64,000 nucleotides of DNA, from the NCBI GenBank assembly GCA_965233865.1, contig OZ247587.1, positions 1,312,001 to 1,376,000 of the forward strand, read 5' to 3'. This document shows positions 39,022 to 48,684 of this stretch, in pieces. Each line of letters opens with the position of its first letter. Positions within the stretch are counted from its first letter, which is position 1. The notes under the pieces were generated by a model. That model searched no databases. It was not told where the DNA came from and saw only the letters and a program-made list of their open reading frames with translations. The stretch comes from Candidatus Neptunichlamydia sp. (GTDB lineage: Bacteria > Chlamydiota > Chlamydiia > Chlamydiales > Simkaniaceae). Position numbers and translations under genes: made by a program.

Positions 39022-41949
39022 CTAATTGATTGGACCGTTTGGGAGGAAGAGCCCAGAATCGGGATCTTTTTTATAAGGATCACGGCGTTTCTTTCTTAAG
39101 TTTTGAAGAGGATTTTGCTCTTGTGGTGGCATCATCTCAAACTTAAAGAGAGCGTGGCCGATCTGGAGTTTAAGATCGCTGCTAAAGGAATCAAATAGAG
39201 CAAAGGCTTCATGTTTGAACTCAAGAAGAGGATCTTTCTGCCCAACAACCCGCATGTTCACCTCTGTGCGGAGGTGATCAATTGATAGGAGGTGGTCTTG
39301 CCATAGTTTATCAATGTTGTGCAGAAGGATACTTCGGATGACTTCATAAAGAACGGGATAGGCATTCACCTCTTTTCCTGCAGTTTCTTGAAGTGAAGCG
39401 ATTGTATGTGCTTCATGATCGAGTTTAGCTTTGAAGCTTTCGACAACCTGCTCAGAGGCTTTCTTTTCAATATCTTCAATTGTGAGATAGTCATCATCTA
39501 GCGCTCGCTCATCAATCGTGACAGGAAAATGGGTCATCAGCCAATCGGCGTATCCATGAGGATCCCAGCCTCCTTCTTCGGTTCGAGAGGTGAAGAATTG
39601 CCCTGCTACCTGAGAGCAGACTTCTTCGAGGACCTCTTCAGCAAGGTCAATAGAGGATTCTTGTTTTAAGATGTCGTTGCGGAATGCGTACACTTCTTTC
39701 CGCTGCTTATTCATCACGTCGTCATATTGCAGCGTATGTTTACGGATTGAGTAGTTTCGTTGTTCTACCCGTTTTTGTGCTGTTTCGATTGAGTGGTTAA
39801 GGATTTTTGCGGTGATCGGCTCCCCTTCAGGAGGGCGGAATCGCTGCAAGAAAGAGGTGAGTTTTGGAGAAGTGAAAAGCCTCAGAAGTTGGTCTTCAAA
39901 CGAGACATAAAATTTCGAAGTCCCGGGGTCTCCTTGACGGGCACAACGTCCACGAAGCTGTCGATCAATGCGTCTAGATTGGTGGCGAGTTGTCCCGATG
40001 ACATGAAGTCCACCGGTCTTAGCAACTTCGTCGCCCAGTTTAATATCAGTTCCTCGTCCCGCCATGTTTGTGGCAACGGTAATCGCTCCAGGCTGCCCCG
40101 CTTGCGCGATGATCTCTGCTTCCTTAGAGTGATTCTTTGCGTTGAGGATGGTGTAAGTCAGCTTGTTTTGTTTTAGGATCCGAGCAAGTTTCTCAGAAAC
40201 TTCAACCGATTCTGTTCCGATTAAGATGGGGCGCCCATTTTCATTGACTTCGATAATGTCTTTGATAATTGCGTTATATTTTTCCCGTTCTGACATGTAG
40301 ATTTCATCGTCAAAATCTTTTCTAACACATTTTTTATGAGTGGGGATATCCAAGACATCGATCTTATAAATTTCTTTCAGTTCGTTGGCTTCAGTCATTG
40401 CTGTACCAGTCATTCCAGCAAGCTTGTCATACATTCTGAAATAGTTTTGCAGGGTTATCGTGGCATAGGTCTGTGTCTCTTGCTGGATCGAAACCGATTC
40501 TTTTGCTTCAATAGATTGGTGCAAACCATCTGAAAAGCGACGTCCAGGTTGCGGACGTCCAGTATTCTCGTCGATGATGACGATTTTTTTCTCTTGAACG
40601 ATGTAATCGACATCTTTCTCCATTAGAAGATGAGCACGGAAGAGCTGACGCAAGTTATGAGAACGTTCTTTTCTTCTGCTATCTTCTTCCCGAAGAGCAA
40701 CTTTTTTCTGCATTCTTTCTTGGTCGGAAAGAGCAGGATTTCCATCTATATTTGCATACTCATGACCCAGGTCAAGCATCACAAAGTCATTTTTAGCTTC
40801 TTCGTTATCTCCTGTCCATGAGGCGATTCCCTTATCGGTCAATTCATGCTCGTTAGCTCGTTCGTCAACGATAATGTATAGATTTGCAAGCATTTCGTGA
40901 CGTTCTTCTTTATTCGCTTCTGAGTGAAAATAGGTTTCCCATTTTTCCATTATAGCTCGGAGCTCAGAATTTTCTTTGAGTCTTTTAAGGATCTTATTTT
41001 GAGGGGTTCCTTTCCCTACAAGCCATAGACTGCGGAATGCCTCTTCTTCTTCCTTGCCTTCTTGTTTAGAGAGTTTTTCTTGCTCTTCGACTTCTTTGAG
41101 ACGCCCCAATTTTTCAAGCGTCTTACGGGCATCGGAGGCAAGTTTATTACAATGGTCTCTTTGCAGACGGACAATACGCGAGACTTCATTTTTTAGTTCA
41201 TCGTACATCTGTCTAGATTGAGCAGCAGGCCCGGAGATAATGAGGGGAGTTCGTGCTTCGTCGATTAAGATAGAGTCGACTTCATCAATAATAGCAAAGT
41301 GGTAGCCCCGTTGACACTGCTCATCAATTGAATGGGCCATAGAGTTATCGCGCAGGTAGTCGAATCCAAACTCAGAAGCCGTCCCATATACGATATCTGA
41401 TTGATAAATCTCTTTTCTCTCATGGGGAGGAACACTATTTGTTAGAAATTTAACCGTTAGGCCAAGCCATCGGAAAATTTCCCCGACCCATTCACAGTCA
41501 CGGCTTGCTAAGTAATCATTAACGGTGACCAAGTGAACGGGTGCGCCCGTCAGGGTGTTAAGAAATAAAGGCATGGATGCGGTCAACGTTTTCCCTTCAC
41601 CCGTTTGCATCTCAGAGATACATCCGTTGTGCATGGCGATACCGCCGATTAGTTGCACATCATAGGGAACCATGTCCCACTTTTGATCATAGCCTGAAAC
41701 GTGAATGTCAGTTCCGACCAAGCGGCGGCACACATTTTTAACAAGAGCATAGGCTTCTGGAAGGAGGTCATCAACCGTCTCGCTTCCCTTTAGCCTTTCG
41801 CGAAACTCTGAAACCTTTTCCTTTGCTTGTGCATCAGACAAGGATTGGTACTCTTCTTCAAGCGCGTTAATCTTTTTAACAATTTTCTGAAACCGGTTCA
41901 CCTGACGACTCTGAGCCGTACCAAAGATTTTTTTGATCAAACCAAACAT
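39022..41949 (-). CDS. secA: Preprotein translocase ATPase SecA
   Basis: MQTGEGKT, DEVDSILIDEARTPLIISG, ATNMAGRGTDI, RRIDRQLRGR. Confidence 0.98.
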   Translation of the reverse strand: MFGLIKKIFGTAQSRQVNRFQKIVKKINALEEEYQSLSDAQAKEKVSEFRERLKGSETVDDLLPEAYALVKNVCRRLVGTDIHVSGYDQKWDMVPYDVQLIGGIAMHNGCISEMQTGEGKTLTASMPLFLNTLTGAPVHLVTVNDYLASRDCEWVGEIFRWLGLTVKFLTNSVPPHERKEIYQSDIVYGTASEFGFDYLRDNSMAHSIDEQCQRGYHFAIIDEVDSILIDEARTPLIISGPAAQSRQMYDELKNEVSRIVRLQRDHCNKLASDARKTLEKLGRLKEVEEQEKLSKQEGKEEEEAFRSLWLVGKGTPQNKILKRLKENSELRAIMEKWETYFHSEANKEERHEMLANLYIIVDERANEHELTDKGIASWTGDNEEAKNDFVMLDLGHEYANIDGNPALSDQERMQKKVALREEDSRRKERSHNLRQLFRAHLLMEKDVDYIVQEKKIVIIDENTGRPQPGRRFSDGLHQSIEAKESVSIQQETQTYATITLQNYFRMYDKLAGMTGTAMTEANELKEIYKIDVLDIPTHKKCVRKDFDDEIYMSEREKYNAIIKDIIEVNENGRPILIGTESVEVSEKLARILKQNKLTYTILNAKNHSKEAEIIAQAGQPGAITVATNMAGRGTDIKLGDEVAKTGGLHVIGTTRHQSRRIDRQLRGRCARQGDPGTSKFYVSFEDQLLRLFTSPKLTSFLQRFRPPEGEPITAKILNHSIETAQKRVEQRNYSIRKHTLQYDDVMNKQRKEVYAFRNDILKQESSIDLAEEVLEEVCSQVAGQFFTSRTEEGGWDPHGYADWLMTHFPVTIDERALDDDYLTIEDIEKKASEQVVESFKAKLDHEAHTIASLQETAGKEVNAYPVLYEVIRSILLHNIDKLWQDHLLSIDHLRTEVNMRVVGQKDPLLEFKHEAFALFDSFSSDLKLQIGHALFKFEMMPPQEQNPLQNLRKKRRDPYKKDPDSGLFLPNGPIN

Positions 41950-41999
41950 CGTTACCTAATTTTTGTTTAACTGGTCAGCATAGCGCAAAAACTGATTTT

Positions 42000-42034
42000 A
42001 TACCATCCATCAAAAATATAGTGGTGAATGAAGT
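42000..42034. repeat. 35-bp palindromic repeat, copy 3 (more diverged)
   Basis: ATACCATCCATCAAAAATATAGTGGTGAATGAAGT; 26/35 identical to copy 2. Confidence 0.6.
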
Positions 42035-42051
42035 TTCATTTTTTATAAAAC

Positions 42052-42144
42052 AACCTAGGTTTTGAGTGTGTTTTTGCTTATTTTTATAGGAAATTTAAGC
42101 GAAAGATACCTGAGAATGAGCGAAATACACTCAAAACTTAGGTT
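42052..42144. repeat. 93-bp imperfect palindrome (MITE/REP-like hairpin)
   Basis: AACCTAGGTTTTGAGTGTGTTT ... AAATACACTCAAAACTTAGGTT: 20/22 terminal inverted repeat, pairing continues inward. Confidence 0.75.
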
Positions 42145-42174
42145 AAAATAGAATGTCGTGTTACTGTTAAATCT

Positions 42175-43083
42175 ATGGCAGAGATTACCTACAGGGATCG
42201 AAGGACAGGAGAGCTAAGAAAAGAAAAAGTTTATGGTAAGTTTTTTCTTGAAGCTCTCTATGGTAGTAACCTCTTGGCAGAACTTTTTTCGATGCTTTTC
42301 CTCCCCATTATTAGTGCCATTCCATCTTTTTCAAACTTTTATGGAAGAAAGCAAAAATCAAAAAAAAGTCGGCTAAAGATCCTTCCGTTTATTCGAGATT
42401 TTAAAGTGGATGTTAGTGAATTTGCTGATTCTGTTGAAAGCTATGACTCTTTTAATGATTTTTTTATCAGAAAACTCAAACCTGAAGCGCGCCCCATTGA
42501 AAAAGGAGAGAAGGTTGCAGCCCTTCCAGCGGATGGGCGCTACCTTGTTTTTCAAGATGTTTCTAAGGTCGAGGGGTTCTACGTAAAAGATAAGAAGTTT
42601 GACCTGCGCAAGCTTGTTGATGATGAGCTTGTGTTTGAGCTTTATAAACAGGGAAGTATGATGATTGCGCGTTTGTGCCCAACTGACTACCATAGGTTTC
42701 ACTTTCCTTGCGCATGTATTCCGGGTAAATCAAAGTTGATTAAAGGCCCTCTTTTTTCAGTGAACCCTATTGCTCTTTGCAAGCACGTCTCGATCCTCAA
42801 TGAAAATAAAAGAGTGATGACACTGCTTGATGGAGGCTCTTTTGGGCAGATTGCGTACATTGAGGTGGGAGCCACTTGCGTGGGATCCATAAAGCAAACG
42901 TATCAGCCAAGCGATCTATGCGCGAAGGGATCGGAAAAGGGGTACTTTGAGTTCGGGGGATCTTGCTTGATCCTGTTGTTCCAACCGGAAAAAATCCAAT
43001 TTGAGCAAGACCTAATTGATGCTTCAAAAGAGCATGTCGAAACCTACGCTAAGATGGGAGAGTCTTTAGGGCATTGCAAATAG
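42175..43083 (+). CDS. psd: Phosphatidylserine decarboxylase proenzyme
   Basis: SFNDFFIRKLKPEARP, RLCPTDYHRFHFP, VGATCVGSI, FGGS cleavage site. Confidence 0.95.
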   Translation: MAEITYRDRRTGELRKEKVYGKFFLEALYGSNLLAELFSMLFLPIISAIPSFSNFYGRKQKSKKSRLKILPFIRDFKVDVSEFADSVESYDSFNDFFIRKLKPEARPIEKGEKVAALPADGRYLVFQDVSKVEGFYVKDKKFDLRKLVDDELVFELYKQGSMMIARLCPTDYHRFHFPCACIPGKSKLIKGPLFSVNPIALCKHVSILNENKRVMTLLDGGSFGQIAYIEVGATCVGSIKQTYQPSDLCAKGSEKGYFEFGGSCLILLFQPEKIQFEQDLIDASKEHVETYAKMGESLGHCK

Positions 43084-43678
43084 GGCACTCTTCAACGTGG
43101 TGTCCTTTGGCTGGGCAATACTGCCTTGCATAATAGATGATTTGGAGATGGAGTTTTTCCCAGGTTGTTTTTGGAAAAACTGTTTTAAGATCTTTTTCAG
43201 TTTGTTTCACATTTTTTCCTGAGCTGAGTCCCCAACGCTTCGCACATCGATGGATGTGGGTGTCAACAGGAAATGCAGGTTTTTTTAGGGCTTGAATGGT
43301 GACGACTGATGCGGTTTTATGGCCGACACCGGGAAGCGTTTCAAGTGCTTCTAATGTACGAGGAATCTTCCCCTTATATTCATCGATTAATATTTCAGAT
43401 AGCCTATGAATTGCACGTGCTTTTGTAGGAGCAAGTCCGCAAGGGCGAATAATGGATTCAATCTGTTTGACGGTAAGCTCAACCATTTCATACGGATCGC
43501 TAGCTTTTGCAAACAGTTTCGGGGTAATTTCGTTTACCTTTTTGTCGGTGCATTGTGCAGAAAGGAGAACGGCGATCAAGAGGGTGTAATGATCCTTGTG
43601 TTTAAGGGGAATGGGGGGGCTTGGAAAGAGTTTGTTAAGAATATAGAGGGCAATAGTCGCTCGTTTTTTTTTTATCAT
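43049..43678 (-). CDS. nth: Endonuclease III
   Basis: LLSAQCTD, LPGVGHKTA HhH, PVDTHIHR; ATGA overlap with the mnmE stop. Confidence 0.95.
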   Translation of the reverse strand: MIKKKRATIALYILNKLFPSPPIPLKHKDHYTLLIAVLLSAQCTDKKVNEITPKLFAKASDPYEMVELTVKQIESIIRPCGLAPTKARAIHRLSEILIDEYKGKIPRTLEALETLPGVGHKTASVVTIQALKKPAFPVDTHIHRCAKRWGLSSGKNVKQTEKDLKTVFPKTTWEKLHLQIIYYARQYCPAKGHHVEECPICNALKTLPS

Positions 43679-45036
43679 TTGCCTACACAAAACTTAGAAA
43701 AGATGGCACTGAGCACCTCTTCGGTAATATTCATTCCAATGATAGTTCCAAGTTCTTTTAATGCCAAGCGAATATCGGAGATGAGGAACTCGGGTGAGAG
43801 TTCTGTTTGTAGCCCGCTGAGGACAATTTTTAGTGCTTTAATGGATTCTCCAAGTGCTTGGTGGTGACGCTCACTTGAAATAATGAGTTCTTCTTTAGAA
43901 GGGGGGCTCCCTTGCCAAATTACTTTATGAATCTCTTGTTTGAGGAGTTCAATCCCTGTCCCTTCTTTGGCAGAAACGTCTACTTGGTGGGAATAAGGGA
44001 GACTGAGTTTATTTCCTTCGGCCAAATCAATCTTGTTCCAAATCACGATTGTTCTCTTCTCTGGAAGGGTCATCTCAATATGGGTAGGATGATTGTGATC
44101 ATAAACAAGAAGAATTAAATCGGCCTCCTGAGCAGCTTTTTCAGAGCGGCGCACACCTTCCTTTTCGATCGCTTCGTCGGTGATTCGAATCCCAGCTGTG
44201 TCAATTAGTCTAAAGTGGAGGCCGGCAAGTTGGATCTCTTCTTCCAAAATATCACGTGTTGTGCCGGGGATATTGGTGACAATCGCCCGTTCTTTCCCGC
44301 AAAGAGCATTCATCAAGGATGATTTCCCCACATTGGGAGCCCCAATCAGGCAAAGTGAAAATCCAGATTTTAGGGACTGCCCTTCATGGAACGTGTCATG
44401 TAAAACTGTCATACTTTCGACCAGCCCCTCTAACTGAGAACAAAGCTCTTCCTTCGAAGTAAATTCTAGCCCTTCTTCAGGAAAATCGACCCACGCTTCA
44501 AGGATTGCAGCGATTTCTATAAGCTCTTTTTGATAGATTGAAATTTTCTTGCAAAGCTTACCTTCTAAGTGGTTTTCAGCTGCTTGCCACGCAAGCTCAC
44601 TCTTAGAAGCAATGACCTGTTGCACTGCTTCTGCTTTTGTGAGGTCGATCTTTCCATTTTGAAAGGCTTTGAATGTAAATTCTCCGGGAAGAGCTGCTCG
44701 GGCTCCAGCTTTTAGCGTGGCATCTAAAACCTTGCGCGTAATCAGCGTTCCTCCGTGGCAATGAATTTCCACTGTATCTTCCCCTGTGTAGGAGCGGGGA
44801 TTTTTCATCACAATGGCAAGACCTTCATCAACAATCTCTCCATCCACCCCAATAATCTTTCCACAATGGACGGTGTGACTTTTATACTTATGAATCGGGC
44901 CAGAGAAAATCTGATCTGCAACCGCTAAGGCGTTATCGCCCGCAATGCGAATGACAGCAATGCCTCCTACTCCTGGTGGGGTTGCAACAGCGGCAACGGT
45001 TTGCCCCTTCTCATAACTGCGATGGTTAAATTCCAT
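43675..45036 (-). CDS. mnmE: tRNA modification GTPase
   Basis: GAPNVGKSS, GTTRD, DTAG, NKID, C-terminal FCVGK. Confidence 0.98.
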   Translation of the reverse strand: MEFNHRSYEKGQTVAAVATPPGVGGIAVIRIAGDNALAVADQIFSGPIHKYKSHTVHCGKIIGVDGEIVDEGLAIVMKNPRSYTGEDTVEIHCHGGTLITRKVLDATLKAGARAALPGEFTFKAFQNGKIDLTKAEAVQQVIASKSELAWQAAENHLEGKLCKKISIYQKELIEIAAILEAWVDFPEEGLEFTSKEELCSQLEGLVESMTVLHDTFHEGQSLKSGFSLCLIGAPNVGKSSLMNALCGKERAIVTNIPGTTRDILEEEIQLAGLHFRLIDTAGIRITDEAIEKEGVRRSEKAAQEADLILLVYDHNHPTHIEMTLPEKRTIVIWNKIDLAEGNKLSLPYSHQVDVSAKEGTGIELLKQEIHKVIWQGSPPSKEELIISSERHHQALGESIKALKIVLSGLQTELSPEFLISDIRLALKELGTIIGMNITEEVLSAIFSKFCVGK

Positions 45037-45112
45037 TTTCAAATTAATCCTCAATCTAAGGGAAAGGTTCTATCATAACAAAGGAGCAGCAAAATTTGAA
45101 TATAAATGAAGA

Positions 45113-45172
45113 ATACCCCGCAGGAAGCTGCGTAGCATCTTTATAACCAGCACTGACGTTGTTGCATAAATT
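45113..45172. mobile_element. Possible IS-end scars at the island's left border
   Basis: Decayed hairpin ACCCCGCAG-GAAG-CTGCG and GACGTTGTTGCATAAATT (14/18 to the recalled IS903 IR GGCTTTGTTGAATAAATC). Confidence 0.35.
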
Positions 45173-45283
45173 CCTCAGAAATCCAATGAATTGAAGAAAT
45201 ATCTTGTGTTAACCTGAGAGTGAATGAAAAGAAGGTGAATGATATAAATTCCTTAGCGGAACTTAGCTTGTAGGAGTAAAGTC

Positions 45284-46155
45284 ATGGCTGTTTTACGTAA
45301 CCGATTCTCCCTTTATCATTTAACTTTTTTCTTTGCAATTTCTCAAAAATCCAAGGGGAATACTGCGTGATCAATACAGAACACTTTCCAACAATTGGTA
45401 TGTTTGCTGCTTTAAATTTGACCATAGGGCAAATTCATTTGTATGAAAAGGAAGAGTTGCCTAATTTTCAAGGTTTGAAGGTAGATTTTGGCCATTATGG
45501 GCTCTATTATGAATCTAATCATGGTCCAAATTGGTGGGGCTACTTCTTTGAGCCAATTTCTTTTGGAACCACAACTTTTTCTCCTTTCTATATGTCTTGG
45601 GAGGAGGGATGCGATGCTTTTCGTGCAAAAAGCGCTTTGCCTCGCGAGAAAGCTCTTGCCTTGGTCAAAAAATATATTCGAATTCAACAACATATTCGAA
45701 AAAAGGTAGATTGCTTTGTGAAAGATTATTTTCATGGAGCTTATACAATTGGTGTTCATTACTGAGGCACTGATAAGCACTCGGAAGCACCTCGCGTTGA
45801 TTACAATGTTGTCATTGCTGCCGTAAGGAATCAAATACCTAAAGAGAGGGTATATCAAATTTTTGTTGCTAGTGATGAAAATTCATTTGTAGAAACGATG
45901 CAACAAGAATTTCCTTCTCGAATCGTATCAAGGGATGTACACCGGACTACAGGAGCAGAGGGGGTTCATTTTTCTGAACAAATAGGTGGCTATCAACTAG
46001 GAGAAGAAGCTTTGATTGACTCACTCTTACTTTCAAAATGCAATCTCTTGATTCGTACGAGCTCAAATCTTAGCTTATGGTCTACCTATTTTCAACCTGA
46101 TATTCCTGTCATTTTATTGAGTGAACGTTATCAAAAATGTGCAGAACCCGAATAA
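45284..46155 (+). pseudogene. NodZ/FUT8-like (GT23) fucosyltransferase, interrupted
   Basis: In-frame IGVHY*GTDK (TGA 45763-45765), IFVASDE, ALIDSLLLSKCNLLIRTSSNLS; the RBS/ATG at 45284 is out of frame with the body. Confidence 0.8.
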
Positions 46156-46166
46156 ACAGGATCGGT

Positions 46167-47786
46167 TCATTGAATATGCAATTGATGATCCATCAAAGCG
46201 GCAATTTTCTTTTGATGGGTAATGACAAGGATGGCACGTTCTTTTGCAACAGTAAGGATGTTTTGAATGGTCGCAATTCCCGTTTCTTCATCTAAGCTAG
46301 CTGTTGGTTCATCAAGGATAAGAATAGGACTTTGTTTTAGAAGGACTCTTGCAATGGCTATTCTTTGCTTCTGTCCTCCAGAGAGTTTATCTCCTCTGTC
46401 TCCTACAATTGTATTTAGTCCTAAAGGAAGAGACTGAATAAAGGAATAACAATTAGCAACTTTAAGTGCTTTTAGAACGTCTTCTTCAGAGGCTGAAAGA
46501 TTTCCATACAGCATATTGTCTCTAATAGATCTGTGAAATAGAGAAGGGTTTTGGGGGACAACGGCAAACACATTTCTAACGTCTATCGGAGATAGGGTGT
46601 CGATTGAAGTTCCATCAATCTCTATACTTCCTGCTTTTGCTTGAATATGGGACAATAGAAGATGCATTAAGGTAGTTTTTCCAGAACCTGAAAGTCCTGC
46701 TAATAGCAAGGCTTTTCCCAGGGATTAAGGAAAGCGATAGGTCTTTAATTAAAGGAGTATCGTAATCAAATGACACCTTCTTTAGTGAGAGATACCCTTT
46801 AGGAGTAAAAAATGGTTTTTCGTTTTTTCCTCAGGAGTTCCTGAGAACACTACCTCGAGGTTTTCCTTTGTCCTCCCAAACTCTTCCTTAAAACGGATCA
46901 TCTCCATGCTTAAATACCATAGGAAGCTTGTGAGATTTAATAAAAGCATAATCACAAGAGTCATGGATCTTAAAGAGAGAGCTTCTTTTTTCCATTCTAC
47001 GTAGCTAAAGGTAAGGGTAGTTATGAGCGTTGCAAGACTAGATCCCCCTAAAACCCACCGCACTTTTTCTAGGTAATGTTGGGCTTTCTGGTTTGCCTTT
47101 AGCTCTTTACAAAGATATTTCTTTAAGTAGGTTGATTCATGGGTTTCTCTTGAGAAAGTTTTTACAGCAAAAATATTGAAAAAACTGTCCAAAATGCGTG
47201 CTTGAAGGTTTGAGCGAGCTTCTGCAGAGATTTTGGTTTTTTCTAATGAGTTAATTCCCATTTTCCATGTGACCCAAAGGTGAAAAATCATCCAAAAAAG
47301 AAAGACTCCCCTCAACTTGAGGCTTACAGATGTGATTAGAATTAGGGAAAAAAGGAGATGGGAAAGAATAGGAATAAAAGAAGAGAGGCAGATTGATAAA
47401 AGGGATTCACTTCCCAGAGCAGCCCCTTGGATTTTATCCGCTAGATTTCCCGAAAGGTGACTTTTGAAGAACGAGAGAGAATACCCTTTGACATGATCCG
47501 TAAGCTTTTCATAAAGAGATATCCGAATCGGAGACAAGGTGCGGACAACTAGTGCCCCCTGGATGCGCATACAAATTTCCATGATCCCCCAAAAAATAGC
47601 AATGAGAGCCACAGACTCAAGGATGACTTTAGGAAGGAGGTCTGAAGAGTGGGATGTGTCGATCATTTTTTTGACAAGATAAGGGGTCAAGATATCTCGT
47701 AGGGACAAAAAAAAACCCATGAAGGTAATTAAGAGCAGTCGAGCTTTAAATGGTTTGATTACCGATAAGATAGTAGATTTGAGCAT
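46167..47786 (-). pseudogene. ABC exporter (TMD + NBD fused), two frameshifts at the domain junction
   Basis: TMD ORF 46782-47786; middle frame KGYLSLKKVSFDYDTPLIKDLSLSLIPG; NBD ORF with GLSGSGKT, LSGGQKQR, ILDEPT. Confidence 0.85.
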
Positions 47787-47867
47787 CTGCGCAAGAGATT
47801 TGTTTTGAATAAGAACAGAATAATCATTCTTTCATTTTAAGTACAACCCATTCTATTTTCATATGGC

Positions 47868-48680
47868 ATGAGGTTTATATTTCTAATCACAGGAAAAAAA
47901 GCTCTCCCTTTTGCAAAAAGATGCATCGATTCAATTCTAGGGCAACAAGGAGATTACGCCTTTGATTGGCTCTATGTAGATGATGCTTCCGAGTATTCTG
48001 GGACTGAAAAAGAGTTCTTACTTTCGTTGATGGAAGAGAAAGTCCTATTTTTAACAAAACGTCATTATCAGATCGGTGCGATTCATCAAGGCATCAAAAA
48101 AATACAAGATTCTTATAGCATTGTCTGTTTGGTTGATGGAGATGACTATCTCTTGGGAGATGCATTGAATCATGTTGCAGAGGCTTATAAAAATCCTGAT
48201 GTTGCTATGACATACGGAAATGTTCTCCTAGACTTTCGCCCTTATCAAGATCCTATGTCCCAGTATTTTTCTGACAAAGGAACCATCAATACACAGTATT
48301 CTGATACAACCTGGAGAAGCCAAACATTTCGTGAGGATGGTTTTCGGTGTTTTCATCTTCGCACTTTTCGCCGGTGGCTTTGGGACCTTATTGATCCTAA
48401 GGTTTTTTTTCGAAGAGATGGAACTCCAATCCGCGCATCTGGTGATAGCGCTTTTGTGTATCCCATGTTAGAACTTCTAGGGGATCCAAAACATGTAGCA
48501 TTTATCGACACGCCTCTTTATATCTACCGTATTCATTCGGGGAATGTTCATAATCATGATAAGAAAAGTCAGACCGAAGACTTAGAATATATTCGCTTTG
48601 AACTCCCTTCCTATTCTCCAATGAATCGCTTGAAATTACAGGGGAGACTGAAGCAGAGTGAAGGTCTCATCAAAGGGTAA
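47868..48680 (+). CDS. GT2 family glycosyltransferase
   Basis: CIDSILGQ, YVDDAS, LVDGDDYL, LYIYRIH. Confidence 0.88.
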   Translation: MRFIFLITGKKALPFAKRCIDSILGQQGDYAFDWLYVDDASEYSGTEKEFLLSLMEEKVLFLTKRHYQIGAIHQGIKKIQDSYSIVCLVDGDDYLLGDALNHVAEAYKNPDVAMTYGNVLLDFRPYQDPMSQYFSDKGTINTQYSDTTWRSQTFREDGFRCFHLRTFRRWLWDLIDPKVFFRRDGTPIRASGDSAFVYPMLELLGDPKHVAFIDTPLYIYRIHSGNVHNHDKKSQTEDLEYIRFELPSYSPMNRLKLQGRLKQSEGLIKG

Positions 48681-48684
48681 AAGC

